Assembly (NCBI GenBank): GCA_051530055.1
Contig: CM121341.1
Coordinates: 1,178,001 to 1,242,000 of the forward strand
Length of the DNA stretch: 64,000 bases
Direction of reading: 5' to 3'
Origin: Neoechinorhynchus agilis
Taxonomy: Eukaryota; Animalia; Acanthocephala
Both the position numbers and the translations under genes were made by a program. The notes beneath the pieces are model-generated. The model was not told the DNA's origin, did no database searches, and saw only the letters and a list, made by a program, of their open reading frames with translations. Below, in pieces: positions 36,096 through 48,405 of this stretch (position 1 is the stretch's first letter; each line of letters opens with the position of its first letter).

Positions 36096-37247
36096 TATCC
36101 ACGAAACCGAAATTCAAAAACAGTGTAAAGCCGCTTAGAAAATGAACTCACTTTTGTCCAAATCGAAAAAGATCTCTGAACGAAGCCTTTATATACGTAA
36201 AGATCGGCAAGAACCCAAGTGCAGAACAATTATGATGCAACGACCATTCCAATTATGGAATAGAATCTCTAACACTTTTTCAGATATGAATAGGTTTTCA
36301 AATCAATATTACATGCGATTTTCGAAGAAACATGGTGACTCCAGAAAAAGGACTGGTCGATTGCGTTTCGGAAGTGGGTTAAATGTCAAATTTGCGTCGA
36401 AGAATCGTGAAAGGAACTCTTTTAAGCCAATCAATAACCTCATCTTTTAATACATTCTACGTAGCTCGTTTCGCTAAGAATTACTAATAAAGACCATCGA
36501 GAGAATTTTTGTTAACGCGAAATAGTGATTGCGATCGTTTTTGCAAAAAAATTAAAAAACCATTACAACGGATTTGCGCGGGAGTAAGTGGGCCGTGCGA
36601 GGTACAGCCAATAAAAAGACAGCCATGGGCCCGAAGGGAATTGAGATGCACACTGGAGTTCCGGACATAGGCCCGCAAATAAGCGGTTGGCGAAACAAAA
36701 CCTTGAGGATAATTAACAACGAACAACACAAAGATGCATATTCTTTTTTGTGCATCCTCGTTGATGTTTGTCAAAAAATGGGAGTTGAAAAAGAAACAGA
36801 CAGTTATATTAGTCCAAATTTTAGAAACTCTTAAAAATAGGCGAACAAAGAAGGAAGTTTATGCGTTTGGTAGGTATAAAAATATCTTTGACTCTGATCA
36901 ATTCTGGATTTCGCAATATATTTCAAGAGTAGAAATTTATATTAATGACTTTACACAATTCCTTAAGAACGTTTATATTTTAAGAAAAATGTGTCATACT
37001 AGAAATTTTGGTTGATCGCCATCCAACAAATAATCCCATCCTTTATTCAATTTGAGATCAAGACGTTTTGCGAGGCTATCGGAAATGGAGGATCATCTAT
37101 TAAAGAAGAAAATTAATTCACTGTAGGATTGAAATCCATCAGAATATTGTGCATAGTCCGCAAAGATAAAAAACAAATTCGGTTAATTCAAATGTTATTT
37201 ATGATTGGAAAGTTATCTCGGTTTAAAATCGTTATAAATTTTTAATA

Positions 37248-38239
37248 TTATGGTTGTTTAATGAGATCAAATCTTCTGCTACATTCCTCTATTAACTGCT
37301 TTAGACTTCCAAAGGATCGATCACCAATGATGCGATTATCAAAAATCAAGCGTTTTGCAGTCAATCGCTTCACAGGCGACACTTCCAATAGCTCGTCACT
37401 TATTTCTATAATATCGATTTCTGCAGAATAGTCTTCACTTTGCTTGATTTTCAAGTCAGGATTAAATCTACTATTGTGAGATTGACCAAAATACTTTTTT
37501 AGGAAATCCTTTAGTAGTTGACCAAATGACCACATATCGATTGCGCCGGTGATTTTCATTGAAGATGAATCAAAAATTTCGGGTGCAATGTAATGGTTAA
37601 AGGACTCATGGAACTTTAAATTGTCGATGATTTCTATTCGAAATATTTTTTGCGAATACGACAAAAAGTACGAATACCTTTATAGGTTTCATTTCGTGAT
37701 CGATCAAAGCAATCTGAAAACCAAGATATCTTGATAAATCCAAGCTCACTCAACAGTAAATTCCAGCTTCGCAATCTCATATGAATTATTTCTTTTGAAT
37801 GAAGATAATGAAGACCATCAGCTATTTGAAACGTAATATTTCGCAAAATTGATGGTGGTACGCTAATCATAGAATCCATCAAAATAAGACTCAATGGCCA
37901 CCCGATTGGATAATATGAAAGTATTAGTCGTCCATCGACTATTGCACTGCTGTCAAATACACAAACACTAAAGTGGTCAAGCTTCTTTAATATTTCAGCT
38001 TCCTTTAAAAGATCCTTTAATCGGGGACATTATGCTGATTTGTTAAAGAAATCCAACCTTTTCAAGTTCTTTTTTTGTGGCAGATTTTACCATCAATGCG
38101 GAAAGATCAGAATATTCTCGATGAATGTGAATTTTCCTAAAATTCACTTTTCTTGTTAAATAAATTAAATTCTTATAAATATTCACCATGATACGTCGTC
38201 CAAGAAAATGCGCTTTACTGTGCATGTTTTCAACATCAT
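37248..38239 (-). CDS. Protein kinase-fold pseudokinase, copy 1 (4 exons, ~284 aa)
   Basis: Mirror of 48406-49397; IADGLHYLHSKEIIH, YIAPE, IDMWSFG present but HRD reads HMR and DFG reads WFS. Confidence 0.8.
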
Positions 38240-38649
38240 TTTTTCTCAAATTTGCAATTACGCTTAAAAAAGGACGACAATGCATTTAAAATTGAATCAG
38301 TAATCGTTGCTAGGGAAATTATTCTACTTTAATTTCAATCGGCCACGTTCAATATTCTTCGACTTTTTCGTTGATAAATTGGGTAAAAGAATTCTTACAG
38401 TAAATAAAGATAAATCGTAAGTTCGAAAATAACATAATAAAAGTTCTTTTATTTATATGCAACTTGAGGTGGACAATTCGTGCACAAAAGAAGATTATAA
38501 CAACGATACCAAGAAGAGCTTTTCGTTCTATAGAATCTTTTGCAGTTGATTGTCTCATTGGTTTGCTGCCGATACTTTTGAGAACTCTGAAAAGCCGATA
38601 TGTTTTCGGTGTTTGCATTTCGATCGCGATTACCACCATCTTTTTTATT

Positions 38650-39405
38650 TTAATCTTCGGCCGTTTTGAAGAGGGAATTTGCACATTTGGCACACAAGAC
38701 TTTTTCTTGTTTGTAATACCAGGAAACACATTCATTGGTGCCACAAAGAAGACAAGGTTTTCCTGTTTTGCTTTTAAGCAAACGCGAAGGAATGTTTTCT
38801 AAGCCGCGTTGTGAATGTAAAAACTCATTGACAATTTCAAGTCCAAGGATCCCGGCGTTATTGTAATTTGTAGCTTCCCGTCGAATCAGGTTGTCAAGCT
38901 CTTTTACAAGCCAGGATTGTTCATTGTATCCTGATGGTTGTTCAATTCTGGGCACATTTCGTCCAATTAATCCTTGAGCGTTTTGCGTCGCCGTAGAAGC
39001 TATTCTTTGATCATTGTTTTGAGCAGTGTCCGAAGATCGATTCACAAAATCAAATAACGCTGGAAGGGAAGCAGCGATTATTGGAGCGACTGATCTCATG
39101 CCGGCCATAAGCTCGTTCATTACATTCACTTGTGGAGTTGGAACACTGGCAGGAAACTGGTTTGTAATTCTCGGTGAATCATTGCGATTACCAGGAAGAT
39201 CGGCAAATTCATTTTGATTTGCTGGTGGATTGAGTCGACTATCATTTGAATCCCTCGCTCCAATTTGTTGCCCTGATCTCCTTGTTACATGAGAACTCGC
39301 CAGTATGCGAACGTTTGAAGGATCGACTACGGAGCCTGGATTTTGTAGCAGGTTTTCCACTCGGTCAAGGAGGCATCGAAGAATGTCATATACTCCGGGA
39401 TCCAT
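38650..39405 (-). CDS. Truncated paralog of the atypical GATA-finger protein (251 aa, one C-x2-C-x16-C-x2-C finger, premature TAA)
   Basis: About 29 differences in the first 185 aa vs 44747-46807; unique finger CLLCGTNECVSWYYKQEKVLCAKC; TCA to TAA change at the stop. Confidence 0.7.
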   Translation of the reverse strand: MDPGVYDILRCLLDRVENLLQNPGSVVDPSNVRILASSHVTRRSGQQIGARDSNDSRLNPPANQNEFADLPGNRNDSPRITNQFPASVPTPQVNVMNELMAGMRSVAPIIAASLPALFDFVNRSSDTAQNNDQRIASTATQNAQGLIGRNVPRIEQPSGYNEQSWLVKELDNLIRREATNYNNAGILGLEIVNEFLHSQRGLENIPSRLLKSKTGKPCLLCGTNECVSWYYKQEKVLCAKCANSLFKTAED

Positions 39406-41199
39406 TGGTGAAACTAAATGTTTGGTTTAATGAATAGAATTCGGAAATTTAATAAAAGTGTCGCGTTCTATCTTGACTAAGACGAATGATCCGGGATTTT
39501 TCAGAGCGCATATATATACCTATGGCTTAGAAACAATGATTTGACGAATGAGCTTGTTTTGTACACATCGCTAATACAGTTTCGTGGGAGCTCCTTGGTT
39601 GTGTTTTCCACAATGTTTTCTCCCTTTAGAATATGCAAGTGTTAATCTTTTTGTGTGTCACGACTTTGTAATCAGCAAATGCTTTGCAAAACAAAAACTA
39701 ATAATATTGTAAATTAACGGGCGTAAAAGAACATAAAAAGTTTGAACTTTTGAAGGCCGGTTATGTTCGTTTAGGAAATTAAAATACTACCTTTTTTAAC
39801 AGCTTGTTTTCTAGCTAACAACCTTCTGTAATGAAAAATATTATTTGCTTTGGACGTTAGCCTTGTGAAATACTACTTGATTTTCCCGCCGCATTATTCA
39901 TAAAACAAAATTTTGCTTTTAAAAGGACATGCAAATTTTTTTTGATCGGAACAGTATTCGAAAATAAAAATTTTAGCGCAATTGTAAATTTCCTTCAAAT
40001 TCAGTACAAGTGGTTTTTTACCATGGGATCATTGTAAAGCGAAAAACCCGATTTTATGCCGTGATATCCGGTATTTTGTATGACAAACTTTTGTGTATTT
40101 GACTCTGAATGTCAATGTTACTGAACGATTTTTCTAACTATTTTTTCGTGCCATGTATTGGCCTCGCCTCGCTTGCGTTTATATTTGCCTTACTTTAAAA
40201 GTTAAGGATTAAGGCGCAACGCAAGGAACAATCGAATTTTTTTTCTTTGAATAAATTACATAGCAGAAAGTTAACTATTAAAATTTAATTGTCAGTGCTT
40301 GCAACGCTTCTTTGATCTCATTGGCGGCCGCGAAGTATTTAATGCTTCATGCGCCAATAATATTTCTACTGAAATTTCAAATGAGTGTGGTTTCAGTAAG
40401 CGAAAATACAAAACGTTTATACTATTTTGAGGCCATGTGAAACTCAATAAAATTAAATAAATAGCTAATGCGAAGCCGTAATACTTTCTTACTGGCTGAA
40501 TTGTATAATTGTGCTAATCAAATTGATCGAACGATTCGTTTTTCTAGGAAAATGGTTTCAAATCAAATCCGTTCGACACAATTTCTATTTTATTTTTGTT
40601 TCATGCCTTTCTTGGTTTAATGAGAGTTACGATGCACACCTTAAAACTAATTGTAACCAAAGCCAACAATATAATTGCACGAATAATCGATTTCCAATTG
40701 ATGCTTTTTGGCACCACTTTTCATGCTAAAATGTTTTGTGAGAATATTGCGACATTATTTCTTAAATAGTGTCTTGGAAGTTCATTTTATGGAAACACGA
40801 CATTACGAATATAATTTATGCATTGAGTTTTAATGTATATCTTCTGAATTTAATGGAGAATCTTTAATCGAATATTTGGAATTATGCACGACTTTAACTT
40901 GAATGTTTTGGGTTAGAAAAAATGAACATTTTTCTTTCAAAGCTACATTGAATAGTCTTATAAATCTGACGCTTGCAAGTTCTACTTTAGCAACATCTGA
41001 AGGATTAAAATATATTTACAGTTATCAGAAAATGTTTCGCTCTTTTGTTTAAGTAAATATTTCCACATGTTTCAATCGATGAGATTAATGAAGCATTTTT
41101 AAAAACAATCTTTTTAGAACATAAGCTAGCAAGCTAACGATTCAAACAATGTGACCGAAAATTGAAAGCAATTAAAAATTCTTTGTCAGCGAAGAACAA

Positions 41200-42700
41200 A
41201 ATAATACGATAAATTAATAAAATAAAAATGCGATGTAAATTATGCTTTGTATAAACATATAAGAATCTTCAATGTTTTTCGAAACTATAAAATGACCAAA
41301 AGCGGTCGTGAATTCCGCATTCATTGCCCGTTATTTCGAAAGCGATTAGGGTTCCCAGTTTTTTTAGTATTAATGCATGACAAAATTTTTAATTGATTTG
41401 ATAAAGAAATTATAATGAAGGGAACAATATTTACTGATTTTTCAATAAAACGCTTATTTGCAAGGGAGTATAGAGATAAATATGTAAGAAAATTGCGAAT
41501 ATTTGCTCAATCTCATTTCTTGTAATTCGTCGATCAAAATCGGATTCATAGCTTTTGTAAAATTTTATATGGTTCAAGGGCGAAGGGTTTGCATGAACAC
41601 TTTTTATTTCTCTGTTTCCGAAGAAAAAATTCTTTGTTCACTAATTTTTAAGAGGTTCAACAATTTGGATTAATGCAGCTGTCTGTTTCTTTTTCAACTC
41701 CTATTTTCCGGACAACGACAACGAAGATTCGTCAAAAAGAAGGAAACGTTTAAGAAAGTTCATCACAGAACACTTTAGGGAGAACAAATTTTTACATATT
41801 AATTTAAGAACCGAGCACAGTTCGAATTGTAGTTTAGAAGTCTTGTACCGGTAAATAATTGTAATTAAGAACGTTTCGAACTTCGCTGGGTTCATCATTG
41901 GTTCTAAAATATAAGTGGTTAAATTGTTATTCGGCTCTCGCACGCGCTAATGGTTGATTGTTTTGTTTCACTTATTATCTATGCAGACCGAGTTTGTATT
42001 CTCGTTAATGGTTTCGGGGACCAAAAAGTAAACGATCAATTCATCAACTAAACCCGTTTCGATCGATTTTAAAGATATAAAAATCGTCTCAAAAACAAGG
42101 ATGTAAAAAAGTTACAATGCGATAATTCAAGCTAAAATTGGTCACTCGAATATCGCCGTTCTTGTTATTACATTCATGCTTGCCAGTATAAATACATGAT
42201 TTTTAGTTGTAAACTTGGATGCTTTTATTTCCGATATCGATTTTATGCCAACATTGTTTTGTGCCATTGACCGAAATATAGAATTTATTTTTTTGAAATG
42301 TGAGACCGTAATTGCTGCGTAGCTTCATTGGAATTCAGAAAATTCCGTTGTAATGGTTTTTTTAAATTTTATGCAAAAAAAACCGCAATCACTATTTCGC
42401 GTTAACAAAAATTCTCTCGATGGTCTTTATTAGTAGTTCTTCGCGAAACGAGCTACGTAGAATGTATTAAAAGATGAGGTTATTGATTGGCCTAAAAGAG
42501 TTCCTATCACAAGTCTTCGTACGCAAATTTGACATTTTACCTTAATGTTTTCTAAATTTGTATTTAACGACTTCGTAAACGAAAATAAGAAGATAAGTTT
42601 TGCACAAAATAGGTCCTATAATTTATTATCAGCAGGACGCTTTGCACTAGATTTTCGATGCATGAACTTAAAAGGTCATCTTTATGGTTCATGGTTTCTT
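41200..42700 (-). mobile_element. Possible hAT-like transposase relic spanning the palindrome centre; related piece at ~36370-37000 / 49650-50270
   Basis: Fragments VKCQIC, LKLIC..MNFLKRFLL, LIQIVEPLK..TK, LIDELQEMRL in plausible order; many stops; nucleotide similarity to 49800-49860 and 50080-50265. Confidence 0.35.
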
Positions 42701-44746
42701 TTTCTTCGGGAACAGAAAGTGTTTTTGCAAACACTTTGCCCTTGAACAATATAAAATTGTTCAAATGCTACGAATATAATTTTGATGAACGTATCACAAG
42801 AAATGAAATTGAGCGAACATTCCCAAATTTCTTACATATTTATGTTTATACTCCATTGCAAATAAGCGTTTTATTACAAAATCAGTAAAATTTGTTTCTC
42901 TTATAATAATTTTTTTCACCTAACCGGTTAAAAATTTCGTCATACTTTAATACTAAAACGATTGAGAACCCTAATCACTTTCGAAATAAAGAGCAATGAC
43001 TGCGGAATTTACGACCCTTTTGGCCAACACTGGAGATTCTTATATGTTAAAACAAAGCATAATTTACATCGCATTTTTATTTTATTAATTTATCGTATCA
43101 TTTTAATCTTAGCTGACAATGAATTTTTAACTGCTTTCAATTTTCCGTCAGATTGTTTGAATCCTTAGCTTGCTAGCTTATGTTCTAAAAATATTGTTTT
43201 TAAGAATGCTTCATTAATCTAACATAACTGTGAACATATTTTAATCCTTGAGATGTTGCTAAAGTAGAACTTGCAAGCGTCAAGCATTCAAATTAAAGTC
43301 GTAGATTCTCCATTAAATTCAGAAGAGATACAGGAAAACTCAATGAATAAATTATATTCGTAATGTCGTGTTTCCATAAAATGAACTTCCAAGACGCTAT
43401 TTAAGAAATAATGTCGCAATATTCTCACAAAACATTTTAGCATGAAAAGTGGTGCCAAAAAGCATCAATTGGAAATCGATTATTCGTGCAATTATATTGT
43501 TGGCTTTGGTTACAATTAGTTTTAAGGTGTGCATCGTAACTCTCATTAAACCTAGAAAGGCATGAAACAAAAATAAAATAGAAATTGTGTCGAACGGATT
43601 TGATTTGAAACCATTTTCCTAGAAAAACGAATCGTTCGATCAATTTGATTAACACAATTACACAATTCAGCCAGTAGGAAAGTATTACGGCTTCGCATTA
43701 GCTATTTATTTGGTCTTATTGAGTTTCACATGGCCTCAAAATAGTATAAACGTTTTGTATTTTCGCTTACTGAAACCACACTCATTTGAAATTTCAGTAG
43801 AAATATTATTGGCGCATGAAGCATTAAATACTTCGCGGCCGCCAATGAGATCAAAGAAGCGTTGCAAGCACTGACAATTAAATTTTAATAGTTAACTTTC
43901 TGCTATGTAATTTATTCAAAGAAAAAAATTCGATTGTTCCTTGCGTTGCGCCTTAATCCTTAACTTTTAAAGTAAGGCAAATATAAACGCAAGCGAGGCG
44001 AGGCCAATACATGGCACGAAAAAATAGTTAGAAAAATCGTTCAGTAACATTGACATTCAGAGTCAAATACACAAAAGTTTGTCATACAAAAAACCGAATA
44101 GCACGGTACAAAATCGGGTTTTTCGCTTTGCAGTGATCCTATGGTAAAAAACAACTAAAGGAAATTTACAATTGCGCTAAAATTTTTATTTTCGAATACT
44201 GTTCCGATCAAAAAAAATTTGCATGTCTTTTTAAAAGCAAAATTTTGTTTTATGAATAATGCGGCGGGAAAATCAAGTAGTATTTCACAAGGCTAACGTC
44301 CAAAGCAAATAATATTTTTCATTACAGAAGGTTGTTAGCTAGAAAACAAGCTGTTAAAAAGGTAGTATTTTAATTTCCTAAACGAACATAACCGGCCTTC
44401 AAAAGTTCAAACTTTTTATGTTCTTTAACGCCCGTTAATTTACAATATTATTAGTTTTTGTTTTGCAAAGCATTTGCTGATTACAAAGTCGTGACACACA
44501 AAAAGATTAACACTTGCATATTCTAAAGGAAGAAAACATTGTGGAAAACACAACCAAGGAGCTCCCATGAAACTGTATTAGCGATGTGTAGCAAACAAGC
44601 TCATTCGTCAAATCATTGTTTCTAAGCCATAGGTATATATATGCGCTCTGAAAAATCCCGGATCATTCGTCTTAGTCAAGATAGAACGCGACACTTTTAT
44701 AAAATTTCCGAATTCCATTCATTAAACCAAACATTTAGTTTCACCA

Positions 44747-46807
44747 ATGGATACCGCAGTATATGACATTCTTCGATGCCTCCTTGACCGAGTGGAAAAC
44801 CTGCTACAAAATCCAGGCTCCGGAGTCGATCCTTCAAACGTTCCCATACCGGCGAGTTCTCGTGTCACCGGAAGATCAGGGCTACAAATGGGAGCGAGGG
44901 ATTCAAGTGATAGTCGAATCAATCAACCAGCAAATCAAAATGAATTTGCCGATCTTCTTGGTCTGCGCAATGATTCACCGAGAATTACAAACCATTTTCC
45001 TGCCAGTGTTCCAACTCCACAAGCGAACTTGATGAACGAGCTTACTGCCAGCATGAGATCAGTCGCTCCAATAATCGCTGCTTCATTTCCAGTGTTATTT
45101 GATTTTGTGAATCGATCTTCGGACAATGCTCAAAACAATAATCAAAGAACAGCTTCTACGGCGACGCAAAACGCTCAAGGATTAATTGGACGAAATGTGC
45201 CCAGAATTGAACAACCATCAGGATACAGTGAACAATCCCGGCTTGTAAAACAGTTTGACAACATGATTCGAAGGGAAGCTACAAATTACAATAACGCCGG
45301 GGATTCAAATAAAAGAAATGGTGATAATCGCGATCGAAATGCAAACACCGAAAACATATCGGCTTGTCATAGTTCTTCAAAGTATCGACAGCAAACCGAT
45401 GAGAAAATTTGCTGTCAGAGATGCTATAGAACGAAAAGTTCTTCTTACTATCGCTGTTATAATCTCCTTTTGTGCAAGAATTGTGCACCTCAAATGGCCA
45501 GAAAGGTCTTTGTAAGGTCGCGTGAAAAACAAACCCAGGACTTAAATAAACATCAACGTTCATCGGCAGATCTACCAAACCGAAACAGTAGCAATACCGT
45601 AAATGCCGATCGCGCACAGCAACAGAATTCTCGCGATGACAAAATCTGTGTTATGTGTAAGATAAACAAAAGTTCGAGGTGGCAAAAGTTCGGGGAATTC
45701 TGGATTTGCCAAAAATGCATAGATTTGTGTACATTCTCAGTTATGGCACAATTGGCAAACATTCAAGTTGCAGCTGGGCGACAAACAAGTGCTTCTTGGG
45801 GAGCAGCGCAAACGAATGCTTTAAATCCAAATATTGTTCATGCGCCAACACACGCTATGAAACCGATGTTCAGTGATGTTCAAGAAATAATTTCAAACGA
45901 AAGTCCTGCAATAAAGAGTTCGCAACATCATGTTCCTTCGACTGGCAGTCTTCACGGATCCCATAATCCACATCGCCGCTGCAATGAATCGTCTTGCTCA
46001 AAATGTTCCGCGAATGAGAGCACTCAGTGGTACAGCTACGGGCGATTTAAATTCTGCGAAACGTGCATTGGAACTATCGTTCCTGGATCAAAGCGTCCAT
46101 CGGAAAACGTTCAAACAAATTATGTTCAAACATTTCAAAACGAACAAGCGCATGATACTCCAGCGCGAAATCCGGAATTCGAATTTGTTTCAATTGTACC
46201 AGAACCTGGAATCGCTGAAAGCTCATCGATGTATGATTCTGATGGATTGTGTCAATGCGAGACTTGTATGAAATTTAAAAACCCGGTTAATCAAAGTGCG
46301 GCAAGCAGCATCGGTCGACAAATTGACAAATCCGAAACTGTGAATGCGCCAATCGCTGTAACGGAAAAGGCAGTAACGAAGTCAGATAAGCAAGAACGTC
46401 GGAATCCTAACGATTCCAGGTTCAAGCACTTAAACCAACGTCTATTTTGTTGTCGGTGCAAGAAAATTACAAAAACACTCCGGTATCGTCGCGGTAATTT
46501 ATATTACTGCCAACGATGTTTTCAACTTGAACAAACCACGGCGTCTGGATCCATAACGAATCCTTTAGCTGGTTCATCTTTCGCCGCACCAGTTGCACAT
46601 TTTATAGCGGTAACGCGAGCCGAGGAAGATAGCATTGAACGCTTTATTGATCATCAAACAGCATTTTGCCTCGAAGCGCCATCAATCAAAACGGATTATT
46701 TGGAAAACCGCAAATCTACAGCAACGATTCAAGCGAGTCTTCGATTGGCTAGGGAGTCGCAAGAGCGAGGTGATGATCAAAGTGCAGAATCAAAAAAACG
46801 GGAATAA
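44747..46807 (+). CDS. Intronless 686-aa protein with four atypical GATA-like zinc fingers (C-x2-C-x16-C-x2-C)
   Basis: CQRC..CKNC, CVMC..SSRW..CQKC, CSKC..STQWYSYG..CETC, CCRC..CQRC; the S/T-x-x-W pattern resembles GATA/MTA/RERE-type fingers; N/Q/S-rich linkers. Confidence 0.8.
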   Translation: MDTAVYDILRCLLDRVENLLQNPGSGVDPSNVPIPASSRVTGRSGLQMGARDSSDSRINQPANQNEFADLLGLRNDSPRITNHFPASVPTPQANLMNELTASMRSVAPIIAASFPVLFDFVNRSSDNAQNNNQRTASTATQNAQGLIGRNVPRIEQPSGYSEQSRLVKQFDNMIRREATNYNNAGDSNKRNGDNRDRNANTENISACHSSSKYRQQTDEKICCQRCYRTKSSSYYRCYNLLLCKNCAPQMARKVFVRSREKQTQDLNKHQRSSADLPNRNSSNTVNADRAQQQNSRDDKICVMCKINKSSRWQKFGEFWICQKCIDLCTFSVMAQLANIQVAAGRQTSASWGAAQTNALNPNIVHAPTHAMKPMFSDVQEIISNESPAIKSSQHHVPSTGSLHGSHNPHRRCNESSCSKCSANESTQWYSYGRFKFCETCIGTIVPGSKRPSENVQTNYVQTFQNEQAHDTPARNPEFEFVSIVPEPGIAESSSMYDSDGLCQCETCMKFKNPVNQSAASSIGRQIDKSETVNAPIAVTEKAVTKSDKQERRNPNDSRFKHLNQRLFCCRCKKITKTLRYRRGNLYYCQRCFQLEQTTASGSITNPLAGSSFAAPVAHFIAVTRAEEDSIERFIDHQTAFCLEAPSIKTDYLENRKSTATIQASLRLARESQERGDDQSAESKKRE

Positions 46808-47084
46808 TGCAATCAACGCCTCACCCCTTGATCCCCAAACAGAATAAATTGTATTGCGTATTTTTTGCGATTTACAGGGTTGTTGCGCTCGTTGATTTAG
46901 GAAGAGCAATTTTTTGTCAAAGAAGTTGGTGAGCTCCGGTTTGGCTATAAATAATTCTGACAGTTGCTCGCCTTTACAAAATTCGCAAGTAGCTTTGGAT
47001 GTTCAAACAGTGCATTTATTCTCCAATAATATCGATTGGGCATACTACACTGCTGAATTTAGAAAACCGAAATAGTATTTGCAA

Positions 47085-47960
47085 TCTATTAGAAGGTCCG
47101 CCATGGAACATGCTTTTTGCCGACGACATCGTCCTCTCCAGCTATAATTCAGAGGATCTAAACAATGATATGGAGAAATGGGGGAAGCTTTGGGAAGTCA
47201 AGGTCTAGAAATATCCAGGGAGAAATCAGTCTACGTGGGAACTGAAGGCATTTCCCTTCACGAGACACAGCTGCATAAATTCGACAAATTCAAGTACCTC
47301 GGCTCTATAGTGTCGATGCAAAACGATATCGCCGAGACTTCATCGAGAATAAATAGCGGATGGATGAATTGGAAAAGTCTAACTGGGATCTTGTGTGATA
47401 GCAAACTACCTCTGGTCTTGAAAGGCAGGGCCTTCAAGATGGCAATCAGACCAGCCATGTTATATGGGGTGGAGACATGGGGGCATGGTCTTGTTTGCAA
47501 CAAATCAGGGGATCGTTTCTCACGGCATTCTGAATTGAACGACGTAATTTCGCGTGCACTAAATACGGTGGACGTCCCAAACATTTTAGAGCCAAGCAAC
47601 CTGTGCCGACTCGATGGTCGTCGTCCGGATGGCGTCACCGTATTCCCGTGGCGAGAAGGCAAATGTTTTCTCTGGGACGCCCCGTGCGTAGACACGTTTG
47701 CGGCGCCGCGGAGGACCGAAAGGTGGCGAAATATAGAGAATTAAGTAAGTCTCACGTTTTTGTACCCTTTGGAGTTGAGACGCCCTGTGCGCTCGGTAGC
47801 TCGGCACTTAGACTTACGAAGGAGTTATCGTGTAGACTACAGGCCAAGACAGGAAATGTGAGAGCTGGTGCCTTCCTACGCCAAAACATTGGTCTCGCGA
47901 TAGAAAAGAGGAAACGCAGCGAATGTGGTCGCGACCACTCCGTACGGTTATAAGTTTGTA
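47085..47960 (+). mobile_element. Chimeric fragment: RTE-type RT C-terminus joined in frame to a CRE-type REL endonuclease
   Basis: [26 protein letters not shown] then [28 protein letters not shown] in ORF 47178-47744; junction ~47480. Confidence 0.8.
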
Positions 47961-48405
47961 CATCGTTCCGGATTCTCAGATACCTCCAGGAGGCGGGACT
48001 CATCAGTGAGTTTCCTCCCTTCAGCGCCGTGTATGGAGGGGAAAAAGATCTATCAAAAGACTACCGCCTGAGCCACATATAAAAATTCTAAAAAATAGGA
48101 AAGTTTATCCAGGATAAAGTGCTAAAGTTTTAACATTCCGTAGTGTATCAATGTGTTGGTGAAGGTTAATAAAATTATCGAAGTTTCTTATAAATAAAGA
48201 GCCTTTATTATGTTATTTTCGAACTTACGATTTATCTTTATTTAATGTAAGAATTCTTTTACTCAATTTATCAACAAAAAAGTCGAAGAACATTGAACGT
48301 GGGCGATTGAAATTAAAGTAGAATAATTTCCCTAGCAACCATTACTGATTCAATTTTAAATGTATTGTCGTCCTTTTTTAAGCGTAATTGCAAATTTGAG
48401 AAAAA

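Larger units (their letters stand above)
35829..41628. repeat. Inner left arm of inverted duplication (mirrors 42699-50816 with arm-specific indels)
   Basis: 35829-38465 mirrors 48182-50816 (sum 86645); 38466-38650 mirrors ~45305-45492; ~38850-41628 mirrors 42699-45300. Confidence 0.95.

Noticed and set aside
36142-37015. ORFs between PET117 and the pseudokinase as a host gene
   Set aside because: Overlapping short frames with a stop differing between arms, including a ~35-bp RTE-like piece and hAT-like fragments; better explained as TE debris.
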